Source: Orbicella franksi (lineage: Eukaryota). From it: a stretch of 64,000 bases of DNA. The notes under the pieces were generated by a model. That model saw only the letters and a program-made list of their open reading frames with translations, did no database searches and was not told the DNA's origin. The position numbers were made by a program, and so were the translations under genes. Positions 1 through 12,973 of this stretch are shown piece by piece (position 1 is the first letter of the stretch; every line of letters starts with the position of its first letter). The stretch spans positions 17,484,001-17,548,000 of the forward strand of contig OZ116699.1 in assembly GCA_964199315.1 (NCBI GenBank), read 5' to 3'.

Positions 1-373
1 TTTCAATAGGCCAACATTTACGTACTGTATAGATTTCCTGTCTTAGAAACATCCAGAAAATAGACTTTTGGACATTTGAGTAGTCGGACACATGATCTGA
101 AACGAATTCTGTAGACCATGAACGGAGGATACTCGAGTAAAATATCGAGCCGAGAGATAATATCAGTAGATATAAATTATGTATCATCGGAAAATATGTA
201 TACGAATCATTCTGTCACATTTCAAAGAACTGTACTGTAGGCAATAAGGTAAGAAATTATTCTAGCCCTGTCCAAATATCTCGCGTATAGCCTGCCTCAA
301 AGGGAACAAGGTTTTTGGCACACTGCATACCCTTTGAGTTTAATTGTCGTAGTTTTCATAATTGCAATCGGAG

Positions 374-534
374 TACAGTTGGACTCCGCTAAATCGAACT
401 CGGTTTTTTCGAATTCCCCGTAATTTCGAACTCAAAGCCATTTCCCTTGGATTTGCCTTTCAGTCATTTACTATCGACTATTTCGAACTATTTTTCGTTT
501 CCCCCGAGAGTTCGAAATAGCGGGGTTCAACGTT
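374..534. mobile_element. ~160-bp MITE, copy 1 (TACAGTTG... TIR, TA-flanked; Tc1/mariner-like)
   Basis: Starts TACAGTTGGACTCCGCTA and ends GCGGGGTTCAACGT (decayed TIR); near-identical to 574-733. Confidence 0.7.
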
Positions 535-573
535 ACCGGAATTCACTTAATATTGACAGATTTTGTTTTCCTA

Positions 574-733
574 TACAGTTGAACCCAGCTATTCAAACTC
601 GGATATTTCAAACTCCCCGTTGTTTCAAACTCAAACCATTTCCCTTGGATTTGCCCTTCAGTCATTTACTATCGGGTATTTTGAACTATTTTTCGTTTCC
701 TCTGAGAGTTCGAAATACCTGGCTTCAACTGTA
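574..733. mobile_element. ~160-bp MITE, copy 2
   Basis: TACAGTTGAACCCAG...CTGGCTTCAACTGTA inverted termini; tandem partner of 374-534. Confidence 0.75.
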
Positions 734-745
734 TTTAGTATCTGG

Positions 746-786
746 GAGTTGGGGGGGGGGGTTAAAGGGGGAGGGGGGAGAGAGAG

Positions 787-818
<32 letters not shown>

Positions 819-820
819 AT
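746..820. repeat. Poly-G / (AG)n / (GT)n compound simple repeat
   Basis: Directly visible G runs, AGAGAG and GTGTGT tracts. Confidence 0.9.
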
Positions 821-1874
821 AGGAAACCCTTATCCTAAGAGGCCAGAAAGCACTACACCACTGAAATAAGCTATACTCGCAAATGGATAATATTAATATT
901 CATATTATTATTAATTTTGCCACAAGCACTTCAATTGACCAGCCTCTTAAATTAAGATGTAGATTAAACAAACTCTCAGAACAGTAGAGTATATGCGAAT
1001 GAATTTTTTCTTGATCAAAACTGATTCTGACATGTACATACTTCTACATATTATGTAATACTTTACAGCGGATAAATTCTGTCAGCAACACCGCGATATG
1101 ATATATTTAGTCATGTTAGCAATGTATAAAATGACTTTCAAATCAAAGAAAATCTCATAGTAATTAACTCCATGGTCAAGTGTGGACCAAGATGAAAAAA
1201 AAAAAAAGTTAGTTAATAAGTGAGCACCAGTAAAAACTAAAAGGAATGAATGGGTCGAAATTGGAAGACTGGGCCAGGACACAGTTAAGAACGCGAAGAA
1301 TTGGGAGTGTACCTAAGACGAGGCATTCACTCCATTCACTATATCTTAACTGAAACTAACAACAGGACCGTTGATTTAGCGAGATTAAATTAGGACATCC
1401 CAGGGTTCATTAAGATGCCCCTTATAAATATTTTACGAAATAGTGAGTTAAATAAATGGATGTAAGTTACAACCTTTTAGTCAATTTAAGAAATTATGTT
1501 TCATGGAGTGACTTCTGAGTCATAAATCACCCGTCGTCTATTAGCGAGGATAACGTCCAAATAATGATGAGTTAATGAGGTTTCTTCCTGTCTCCGAAAC
1601 TGTAAAATATTGATAATGTAAGATAATGTAATTTATTATTAACTGTGAATAATAAAGAAGTATGATAAGGTGCATAAAAGATTTGAAGTTTGTTTTATAA
1701 CGCAGTGTCGATTCTGATTGGCTAAAGAACTATGTTTTATGACAATGCAAAACAGGTCAGGAAAGAGCGTTAAATCAGTACCCCTCCCTCCCAATATTTT
1801 CTTTCCCTTTCCTGGGCACTCGCCATTGTACCTTACCACTACACCGTAGGACGCTTTGTTCCCTCTCCAAGGGT

Positions 1875-2341
1875 TACCGTAAATCCTCGAATAAGCGCCC
1901 CCCCCCCCCTGGAATAAGCTCCCCCTTCGAATAAAAACCCCTCCCATCGACCAAAATTTAAAATAAGCGCCCCCCTCGAATAAGCGCCCCCTCGCCTCCC
2001 CCTATTTTGTGGACGAGCAGTGAGAGAGAAAAGAGTGTATAGGTTTCGTCTTGTAGTATTAGATTTGAACATTGTTTCAGTTTGTGACCACGTGAATTTC
2101 TAATGGTGCCGCGATTTAAACTTTAGGATCAGCTTTTTATGTCGATGAACAGCTTATGTTGTTGTTTAAGTGCTGATGATGCATTAAAAAAATGATCATG
2201 TGAGGCCACGATCTGGGAAAATTAAATAAGCGCCCCTCTCCCATCCCCCTCGATTAAGCGTTCCCCTCGAATAAGCGCCTCCGTCCAGTTCTCCTAAATT
2301 TGAAATTAGCGCCCTGGGCGCTAATTGGAAGATTTACGGTA
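1875..2341. mobile_element. ~470-bp MITE with internal CCCCTCGAATAAGCGCCC repeats
   Basis: TACCGTAAATCCTCGAATAAGCGCCC ... GGGCGCTAATTGGAAGATTTACGGTA inverted termini, TA at both ends. Confidence 0.75.
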
Positions 2342-2832
2342 TACCGGTTAGGGCTAGGCTCCCCTGGTTTTTGAATTCAATATAGCCCGGGCCCAATAAA
2401 TGTTGTGCGCTCACGTGCTAAAATATAAGAGCTGCACTGCAAGATTTTTTTAGTGAAAAAAAAAAACCCTCCTGTTTAGACAAGCTGCTGTTGATTCAAA
2501 AACTCTTCTGCGTTAGACGTTGTTTTGGAACGGAACGCTCAACGGACCAGGTATTCGATGCCGCTATCTTGGATGATAGAGGTACTTCCTCTGCAAATTT
2601 TTCCTCGCCCCAACCCTATGGCCGCCTACTGCAAAACTGTTCACTCTCGCGCCAATAATATGCCTGCACTGCGGGCTAACTGATGTCCAATGGTATTTTA
2701 AAGAACAATTTCGTGGAGTAAAGGTAATGATAATGCACCATTGACAGGCAAGGTAACTTACAAACATAACACCAGAAGATCTAACGATCTCAATGACCTG
2801 AATAATAAACATGTTAAGCACATTTTTCCGAG

Positions 2833-3337
2833 TACATTCGAACCTGTATATAACGGCCACCCTCAGGACTTGAGAAACTGGCCGCTTAACTGTACAAGTG
2901 GCCGCTTAATACAGAGTCACTAAAAATACTCACTAGGCGTGGGCTAAGGATATGGTACTGTACTTCAGCACATTGCGAACATCTTGAAAGCGTTGACGAT
3001 ACTAAAAGGCCGATTATCAGCTTACAGTAACTTTCAGAGTAAATGTTATTTCTTTATAGTGATGATGGATCGCATTTTAAACACGCTATAATACAGCGTA
3101 AAATGGCACGTGGCTTAGTTTCCGTTCAAGGTGGCCGCTTAATACTGTTAAAAATAACAAAGAAAGACAAAACATAGGACTGCTACAGGGTGGCCGCGGC
3201 CGCTTAATAGAGGTGATCGCTTAATACAGGTAACAAATACAGCGTTTGTATGAGCGAAAAATTGGGACTTTGAAAACTGGCCGCTTAATACAGGGTGGCC
3301 CCTTAATACAGGGCCGTTATATACAGGTTGGACTGTG
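2833..3337. mobile_element. ~500-bp MITE with GGCCGCTTAA internal repeats
   Basis: TACATTCGAACCTGTATATAACGGCC ... GGCCGTTATATACAGGTTGGACTGT inverted termini. Confidence 0.7.
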
Positions 3338-3515
3338 TAAGCAAGAAGCAATCGATAACAAAAATAACGTAAACGTGCGTTGAGAGTAAGCTTGAAAACA
3401 GCTATTTGATTTCGTGTCTTTCATCCTGCCCCCCAGTAGATCACCAGCAGCACCTCTCCAGTAGTCCGTCGAGCGTGACGTAAAAGGAAACGTGATAGAG
3501 AGAGCGTGAGAGAGC

Positions 3516-3567
3516 CAACCTCGTTCCCAGGGTCGGAGGTAGAGAGAGGACCCTGGTAACGAGGTTG
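3516..3567. mobile_element. 52-bp palindromic mini-element with 9-bp TSD
   Basis: CAACCTCGTTCCCAGGGTC...GACCCTGGTAACGAGGTTG flanked by TGAGAGAGC at 3507-3515 and 3568-3576. Confidence 0.8.
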
Positions 3568-4561
3568 TGAGAGAGCTTGGAGAAATGGCCTCCCGAGATA
3601 CCTCTCGCGTGATGGCGAGAGCTTTCGTGTCACGCAAGACGGAACTAAGAGGAAACAGGTGCTGCTCGCTGTGTAGCGCTCAAATGCGCGGTTACTCAAA
3701 AGTGTGAAACGGGAAGACATAAAAGGTCTTTTGATTACTAATATACTCAAAATATCTAGAGCTTAGAGACCAACTGATGGCCGTTGACACAAACAGATCT
3801 GGGCTTTTATTAATTGACCTCTGCAATTTGAGCATTTTAGAAATTCCATCCACAGCAAGTTAGGATAATCTCTAACTAAGCAATAACGGATAGCAGTGGA
3901 AAAACAAAGCTTGCCATTTGCATATCCATCTATACTAATTAATTTTACTTTATTCCCTTGAAATTTAGTGTCCTCGCTTTATAATGCTATCATTAACCAC
4001 TGATCTTTCCAGCTCCCTTAAAGAAAAGGGGAATTTTCCCTCATCAATTTTAGATTTCAGATTTTTAAATTTTGGTTTGGTATATGCTCCCTTTACATTC
4101 AAATTTAGACGAAAAGAGAGTCTGTCGTCTGGCAAGGGGTGAAAGACCTTAGGTATTATCGGATCAACTTTCACTTCCCTCGTAACCAATTAACGTAAAC
4201 AAACAGAGAATCCGAACAATGCGGAGTTTTATCTTTATTAGGGCTTTTTAATGCAAATTGCTTTGTAAACGTTATCAGTTCCCTACAGTGCTGTTGTTTC
4301 GCGTCTTTAAAGCCATCGTATATGCTCCCGGTAAGTAATAACTGTGTTCATGCCATCTTTATAGATTTCGATTCCACGTTGGCTTGCTTGACTCGCCGAA
4401 GTCGTCGTCTAATTATGCTGTCTCTTGGCTTAGATCAAGAGAAAATGAGGTCTTAGATACTATACTTAATGGTGCATATCAGTCATATTAGGTACAGCCA
4501 TTCCATACATCTTTCTTTTAACATGGTTCTGATTGCAAACAAATGCATCGATTACCAGATA

Positions 4562-5064
4562 TAAGAAGTGACGACGGCGACACCGAGGACGACGCATGGC
4601 AAAAATTGACTTCATACTGCTGCCTTCGAATTTCGCAATTACCTATAGTTCTGTTTACTGCGCTTTAAAATCATGCTCTAGCCCAGCATATAATGACAGC
4701 TTTCAGTTCCAAAGCTAAAGACACAACGTGAACTACGACGGGTTCCTGACTACGCAGAACCTGGCCATCTGACATTGTTTTTTCGTAGGGGAAAGCTAAG
4801 AAATGTACAAAGATTTATAACGGAACGTGCATTGCCATTGTTCTAAGCTCTAAGCCTGTTTGTTGATGTTCTCGTTGGCGTCGCTTTACCCTGCTAGCAT
4901 TGGTTTCTTTCTGGCAAGTCTTTTAGCATGTGTGATGTCGTTCGCTTCTCTTGCATTTCGCGTAGTCGGGTTTCTCACTTCCCCGAAAAATTCGTACACG
5001 CTAAAAGACTTGCCAGAAAGAAACCTCTGCTAGCAGGGTAGCGTCGCCTTCGTGGTTTACTTAA
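4562..5064. repeat. Interspersed repeat with GACGACGGCGAC / GTCGCCTTCGT inverted ends, carrying a nested MITE
   Basis: Imperfect inverted ends; interrupted by 4887-5040. Confidence 0.5.
4887..5040. mobile_element. 154-bp MITE with 9-bp TSD (Mutator-like)
   Basis: TACCCTGCTAGCA...TGCTAGCAGGGTA TIR plus longer internal inverted match; flanks GCGTCGCTT (4878-4886) / GCGTCGCCT (5041-5049). Confidence 0.75.
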
Positions 5065-6476
5065 TCTACCTTATAGTCAAGCACACGTAGATGCACGGAA
5101 AATGATTCCACCTCCCCCGTAAGCAGTTGACAGAGAGTATAATTACGTGTTGCGAACAATAATACATTGTTTAATGGTGCAGCGTAATCCCGATTCCTTG
5201 GACCCTCGATTCTTCGAACCAAAAATCGTCTCCGTCCCTTCATTCGAACACTGTAATTTTACCCCCGATTTCTCGAACTATCCGATTTTTTAAACGCACG
5301 AAAAATCCGGATTCCACTCACCATCTTTTCTTTCACTAGGAATCCGCGCTCTATTTGATCTTCGGGAGAATCAGTCTCTCCTGAATGACCTGAATGTAAA
5401 CCTATTCATACCGGAGTTTTTCAGATATCAGAGTGTACGTAGAAGTAACAGATTCCTAAGATTGCTGGGTAAGATTCCAACCAACTCTGAACGAACAAAT
5501 TTGCTGATAAAATATAGCTAGCTTAAATTTTGCCTAATTCGAAATAACTTCAGACAGGTGTTATCTCGATAGATACTTACCCCTCTTCAGACTGGGCTTT
5601 TGTCAGTCTGATAGATCGGGGGGTGGGGGAGGGGGAGCTTTAAGGCCCTTATCCTGTAACTTGTCTGCGTGAGCAGTAAGGACGCGCACAAGCAAGTAGC
5701 GTGAACGTCTTGAAGTCCTTAATATGCATGGGATAGGACTAGATCAAGAGATTGTGATCCTGACTAGATCAATCATGGGCCGGTGACAGAATCTAACTCT
5801 TCGAACGAGACTTTTCTTGTAGTTCCTCTTTCTAGATCAAATAACAACTTTAACGCAAAGCAACCAAGGGTCAAGTGGTGACAGATTAAGGAAGCGTATT
5901 AGCTTTTTTATCTGAAGGACTATGAAATGTTTGTGCTAATGTTTACTTCCCTAAAGTATACTCAATAAGACGCAGCAGAAAATCTTTGCGAAAAAAAATT
6001 TAACTGACAAGTTGATGGACGATTTACCCGACGGTAATATGCTACTAATCTGTGCAAAATAATTTTTTTCGACGGTTTGGAAAGGACTACACAACTTTTA
6101 GATAAAACGAACAGTCACAAAATCACATCACGCGATCGATTGACTTTGGAGTTCAAAGTACCTGTAGGGGTTTAGTCGGAATAATTAAAGTGATGCACAT
6201 GATCAAACGGAAATAATAATGAAAAGAGGAGACCGGGGACTAGACGACGACAAAAAGGTCAATGAAAAAGCCCACGGATATGCTTTAACTAAAATTCAGT
6301 ATTTTTGTGCAGGCTTTAAAACTCCAAGAAGGTACGTTGCAGTTTTTTTCCCTGAACATAGCCCCTTTTCATATCATAAAAGTCCTTGCAGATTACCAAC
6401 TCACATCTCTATTTTTATAGGAATATTGTTTTCCCGGCCGAGGCTGAATATTTTATTTTTCCGCTGATTTTCGGAT

Positions 6477-9366
6477 GAATCAGATCACAACACGATATTA
6501 TTATCATTGTCGTGGCCGACCGAGAATCCTCGAGGACCAGGTTTTTGGAAATTCAATAATTCTGTATTGGAGGACAAGGAATACACATCCAAAATTCTAG
6601 AATTATATATATCCTCAGCTTCGCGAAAAATATCGTTATGTAAATGACCAACAGCTGTTTTGGGAACTGATTAAAATGGAAATAAGAAGCACAACCATTT
6701 CGTTCTCTAAAGGAAAAGCACAGGCGATTCGTAAGCATGAAGTGGAGATCAAACAACAATTCGATGAGCTGGATAAAATCTGAATCTGCAATAGCCAGAA
6801 CCTTGATAACATTGACGAAATTCTTAAACAATATGATGACCTCAAAAAGGAACTCCGACATCAATATGATAATAAAGGCAAAGCTGCAATCATCAGGTCT
6901 AAGTGCCGCTGGGTAGAAGAGGGAGAAAAGCTACAAAATTTTTTTAAAATGTTAGAAAAAAGGAACTTTAATAGAAAAACCATAAACAAAATTAAATTGG
7001 AAAATGATGAAACAACTACTGATGAAACACAAATTCTGTCAATGATCCAAATATATTATAGTAATTTGTACAATTCTCAAACAACAGATGCACAGGTCAG
7101 CTTTGAAATATTTACCGAAAGCATGGAAATTCCTAAATTAGACGATGCATAAAGAGATGCTTTAGACTGTCCCTTGACTTACGAAGAATGTCAACAATCA
7201 TTGGAGACATTTAAAAACGGAAAATCACCAGGCGAATACGGTTTTACCGTACCATTTTATAAGCATTTCTTTGATCTTGTAGGAGCAGATCTATTAGCAA
7301 GTCTGAATGGAGCATATGAGCATGGGAGGTTATCGGTCTCTCGGCGTAGGGGCATAATTACACTTTTACCGAAAGACGACGCTGGATTAATTCTTTTACA
7401 GAATTGGCGACCCATCACTTTACTTAACGTGGATTATAAAATTGTATCATAAGCCTTCGCAAGGCGAATTGAGCCAATGCTCTCAAAACTCGTACATCCG
7501 GACCAAACGGGCTTCATAAAAGGAAGATATATTGGAGAAAATGTAAGATTGATAAGTGATATTATGGAGCAAACTCAGGTGAACAACACTCCAGATATAT
7601 TAATATCAGTTGATTTTAAGAAAGCTTTTGACTTCCTGGAACAGTCTTGCATTCAAAGTGCTCTCAAAAAATAAATTTTGGTGACTGCTTAAGAAAATGG
7701 ATCGAGATCTTCCTCATGGACATAGAAAGCCCAGCTTTGAACAACGGTTTTGCAACGGACTGGTTTAAGCCCTCTAGAGGAGTTACACAAGGATGCCCAC
7801 TCTCGCCTTATCTGTTTATCCTGACAGCAGAAATACTATCAAACAAAATAACACAAAACTCAATCATAAAAGGAATCAGAATTTTTGACTCAAAGATCAA
7901 ACATGAAGCCATTTGCAGACGATACCAACTTATTCTGTGCTGAAGTGGCTTCTGTTGAACAAGCCCTGGAAACTATGAGCGCTTTTGGGAATTTCTCTGG
8001 ATTAGTGCTTAACGTAGAGAAAACAAAAACATTCTGGAATAATAATAATAAAAGAATAATAGAATAATAGAACCAAACCTCTAGGGGTGAAATGGATGAA
8101 TACTCCCACAAAATTATTAGGAATCTATGTTTCCTATGACGAAAAAGGTAATAACCAGATGAACTTTAATTTGAAATTACAAAAACGGCAGACAAATGTA
8201 GACATTTGGAAATCGAGAGGATTAACACTCTATAGAATAGCACTAATAATTAAATCGATCTCTGGGGTTGTCTAACTTAATATACTCAATTTCAAATGTT
8301 AAGGTCCCTACGGAAATAGAGCCAATGGTAAAAGATAAAATGTTTCGTTTCCTTTGGAAAAATAAGAAGGACAAAATAAAACGGATTAGTATGTACCAAG
8401 ACCTTTCCACGGGATGCTTACGGATGGTTGACATCGAACTTACGATAAAATCGCTCAGACTTACATGAATGAAAAGACTTCTCTTTAGAGGTAACTGCAC
8501 TTGTAAAGTAGTACCGGACTATTTTTTTTAACAAACACGGAGGCATCAATTTCCTGCTTCGATGTAACTACGATGCCAAATATTCAGTAAGGCACATTCC
8601 AACATTCTATAGAGATGAAAACGGTCAATACTTAACTAATTTCAAGCTAAATATCATTGTAACACAAACTTTCTCCAGTTCTATCAAATCTTGAGTGCAA
8701 TTTCTCCGCGCTTGAAGAACAGAACGCGAGTCCTAGGGCTAAATTCGATCTTCAATTACAGAGAAAACTGGAAATCTTTTTTACTGAACGAAACTAGTCA
8801 AATCAATTTTGAAACGTATAGGGCAAGAGACTATTATCGCCTGCCTCTCATTAAGAAACACCAATCACCTCATACTGGCCTGGAAAGATGGAAAAGAGAT
8901 ATTTCAATAGACACAGAGAATTGGACAGATGTTTTTAAAATGGTTTCAAAAACATGCAAAGAAAACACGTTGAAAGAATTTCAATTCAAATTTATTCATA
9001 GGTTTGTCATTACAAAGAAAGAACTCTTCAGATAAGGAATGAATACAGACAGTGACTGCATCTACTGTGGTGAGCCAGACTCCATAAATCAAACCTTTAT
9101 CGACTGCGAATGTACAAAAACCTTTACATGTAAAGTCATTTATTAGTCTAATACTCAGAATGGTTCCAACTTTCAGCAAGATACAAAAGAAACGCTTTTC
9201 GTTACCTTTAAGCACCCAACATACCTAGAGCTAGTGAGATAATTCAATTACATCCTCCTTTTCATGAAATTCTCTGTGTATGTAAGTAAACTAAACAACA
9301 GTTCACTCGTACTAACCGAATTTATTACTAGAATCAACTATAAATACAAAGTTGAAAGTGTGTAAA
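6477..9366 (+). pseudogene. 5'-truncated, decayed L1/Tx1-clade non-LTR retrotransposon ORF2 (EN C-terminus, RT, C-terminal Cys motif)
   Basis: SDH..PRGPGFWKFNNSVL; KSPGEYGF; WRPITLLNVDYKI; HPDQTGFIKGRYIGENVRLI; VDFKKAFD; RGVTQGCPLSPYLF; FADDT; CIYCGEPDSI; many stops and frameshifts. Confidence 0.9.
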
Positions 9367-12197
9367 TTAACACTCTTAGATTATAGCGCACGGCATTTCT
9401 ATTTTCGAATGTATTGTTTCTGGATGGTGTTTGGAGCCAGCCTGCAGGCATTCAAACCTGATATTCTTCTAAAAAAAGGGGGTATACTAAGTTGAAAAAT
9501 TGAAAACCACGAAAATTTACGCTTTTGCCGGGAAAGTTGTGCGACTGAACTTTTATCGCGAATCTTTCCGACTTTAAACTTAAAATGCAATTCAGTTCCT
9601 TGTTGAAGCTTTTGAGCTTGCCACCTTTGAAGAAAATCTTAAAAGCTCTCTAGTGTCTTATCTCTACACAGGCAGGATTTCGATCTTAAAACATTCTTTT
9701 CCTTCAAAGAAAGTAATATGATTGTTTTATTTTCGTATAAGCAGCGCCGCTCTAAAACCGGTTGCAAATTTGAAAAATTTGTCTGACAACGTGAAGTTAT
9801 GGGAACCTCTTTTTGAGTATAAATGATAGTCGTTGAAGGAAATAGTTAACCATTTCTCTGAGAATGTCTCACCTTATGTTAGCAAGAACTGACGAAGACC
9901 AAGTTGAGTGGCCTTGTTCTCTAATAATTAGTAACACTACTAAGCTAAGCCATTGGTCATCAGCAGCTATGTTGAGGGCTTCGATTTTTTGAATTTTTAA
10001 TTGTCGCTGCGTTAATGTAAAACCTGTCTACTGAACAAATCACACTGAATTACAGGAGGAGTCGATCAGTCTATCGAGGCAGAATGCCTGACCTACTTCA
10101 ACATACTCAAAAATGATATAATATATTGGCTGTGTATATTATACTCAGAAATCAAAAGAATCATTAAAAGAGAACGGTGGCTATAGATGTAGCCTTTGTT
10201 TTGCATTCAATTATAGGTTTAAAAGTCCATATGTCAATATGTCAGGTAATGTGGCATCACGTGAATATGATCTATACATTTACTGATCCTGGGCAAGAGC
10301 CAATTAGAAAGGAAATTGTGTCTCAATTTTATTTTGATAATTCTCATTGCAGATCCAAACACGGCTTGCTTTAGTCTCACACACAGCCTCACCACTGGCT
10401 AGTTTAATCCAGAAGTGACACACTGAGAACAGCTGTATTGGAAAAGAATCGAAGATGTCAACTGGTATGGTTAAAGTTAAATTAATTCCACTGTGAAGAA
10501 TAGCGTTATTCGAAGGTGAGTGTCCTTTGAACTGGGTTCGCCAAAGCGTTCAGTCATCGCCAGTGTTAACGTAACTGAAGGTAGCTTTAGGACTGTTTTA
10601 AATAGGGGAAGAATGAGTTGGGAGTTGTTTTTGATACAAATATCAACTGCTAACGTCACATCTAAATACTACTATGACTTCGTTATCACGGAATCCCTGA
10701 GAAAGACATAACGATGAAAATTTGTTTTTTTTCAAAAATTACAGCTAGCTGCAGGCGTCGGCTACTCAATATGAATCGAGGCATATTATCTATTTGTAAC
10801 CAATATCTATTTCATAATACCATTTCTCGGTTTGTGTTCACGGCTCTCAGCTGCTCTCACGTTAAAACATTGCGAGTGAATATGTATTAATGATCGTAGG
10901 CATCATCACAAGCCCACCAAAAATGAATCAGTTCGCAACTTAGTGGAAGCCTTCTTTTTGCCTTTTAGACAGTCTCAAGATCTCCCTCGATCAGATTTTT
11001 GATAAGCTCATTTTCGAAGCCCTTTTTGCACAATAAGGCAAATACAAAGTGAAAGAAGTAAAATAAATAAACGCTCTCGGCTATGGCCATTTGAATTAAA
11101 CAAAATATTACACTCAAAGACAGATATAAATGATCAATCGTCCGTCTGGTTAAATTCGATGTTGATGAAATTCAAAAGTGTGCGATTGATTCTCCACATC
11201 TCTTGTTCAAAAATCGATGGAAAATAAATTTGGAGATGGTTGAATGGATCGCATGCAAATACATTACCACAGTTACAAATTGTTAATTTTTAGTTGTTTG
11301 TATATGACAATAGAAGTAACTGACCTTCTTTGCGTGGTTCAAAAGAAGTACGAAGACATTTCGCGAAATGTGAATTGCAAGTTTGAAAAGTTAACTTACA
11401 AGATCAGTCTAGTTTCTTACACGAGGTCCACACGGTTTGATTGAACGCGCCATAAATCAGTGCCTTTCTTTGCCTCTTCAAAACCTAATTGGAGCTGTTG
11501 TTGCCATATTGCGAAAATATTAGTAGACTTTCTTTTTTGGCAAGTTGATGGATGGCCGGAGATGCTGGCGAGGACCATAAATTTGCAAGAATATTTCCCA
11601 ATATGGACCAAACAAGATAAAATCTTATTATGGTTCTTTTGAAATTCTGCTGTACCTGTGATCCGTTCCCAAATATGATAGGAAATTTGCAATGTTTTGA
11701 GCTTATTGTTACTGCGGTCTGTGCCAGTTTGCGTTTGTTGGAGAGTCACGTTCGAGGACTGTTTTGTATCATCAAACTGAACTCATCTGGACGCTGTGAA
11801 AAGTGTGGATGAGTATTTTATAAACGCGATTGTTCTGTAGAAAAGGAGGATTAAAGACAGAGTGAAATATATAAACTTATCATTTCATGGCCTTTGAAGC
11901 AGACGTGCTTCAAAATTGGTCATTTGGCCCAGCCATTTGTTATTACGAAATTAAAGGGATTGATTAATATAGTTTCGTTTTATGTTTTTACTACGAATTC
12001 ACTAGAGAATTATCGGCGGAAACTCTCTTTGTATGCTGAGGCAATGGAATAATTGAACTACGCTACCTATACACTACGTTGCCCCAAAGATGCTTACTGT
12101 AAAATCAAATTCGCGTGTTTTAAACGTTCCCATACAAAATTAATTGTTTATGTAACCCCTCCTCACTTTGAATCCCGCAGGATCCTAGTCATCCTAG

Positions 12198-12231
12198 ATG
12201 CCAGCTCTTGCAAGCATGAAAAACACAAATG
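12198..12231 (+). CDS. GPCR1 predicted first coding exon (MPALASMKNTN-G)
   Basis: Preceded by acceptor CCCGCAG at 12180; ends G|GTAAC (phase 1), matching the phase-1 acceptor at 12973; junction creates an NGT sequon; same layout as GPCR2/3 exon 1. Confidence 0.65.
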
Positions 12232-12973
12232 GTAACAACGTTCTTATTAGTTATAGCTCTTTCATTACGAAGTCTGCAATTAGGTATAAACTCTTTGTGG
12301 TGCTTTGTTTGTAATTTGGCAGCATACGTAAAGGAAATCCTATGTTAATGATATATTCTATCATCTGTACCTGTCTGCTTAATTATGTATTGATATTAAT
12401 GCATAAGTAGGACTAACATTTCAGGACAAAATGCAAGCGCTTTGTATTCTTAGTAGCTTTTCAATTAAAAGCCAGACTACGACTGATTTTCTCTATCGTT
12501 TTAGTGATTCTGCTATTCTTGACATGAGCAGCATGCGCAAAGCGCTTTAAAGTTTCTTTTCTCAAATTAACCAGCCAGGATGAGCATGAGTAAGGAAACT
12601 TTTTGAAAATTGCACAACAATGGCAAACGTTTTTCGAACAGAGTTGATTCGAGTACACTGGTACTGATCAATTTTACGAAAAGAAGCGAATGCAAACTAG
12701 GACGTTTCGAAGTCATCTTGACTCCGCCATTATCAAGTAGAGAAAAGATAATAACGGTCGAGATGTTAATTTATAGTGTGAAAGGTGTAAGAATATATTA
12801 AAGTGTAACACCGCTTAATCCTGGTAAAAGTTCTTAGGTGTTAACAGTTAAATATGTGGAATAGAATTAAATGAACACTTTTGCACGAATTGAGTCCACC
12901 TGCAGTTTACTTTCGCTTCTATTTGTAATCAATTGTATTTCCAAATGTTTGATAAATTTTCCTCTTCTCTTAG

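Noticed and set aside
447-869. 140-aa ORF with an internal repeat
   Set aside because: Arises from two tandem MITE copies and a G-rich microsatellite.
12871-12973. ORF-track N-terminus of GPCR1 (MNTFARIES...)
   Set aside because: Contains a polypyrimidine tract and an AG at the position homologous to the GPCR2/3 acceptors; most likely intron read-through.
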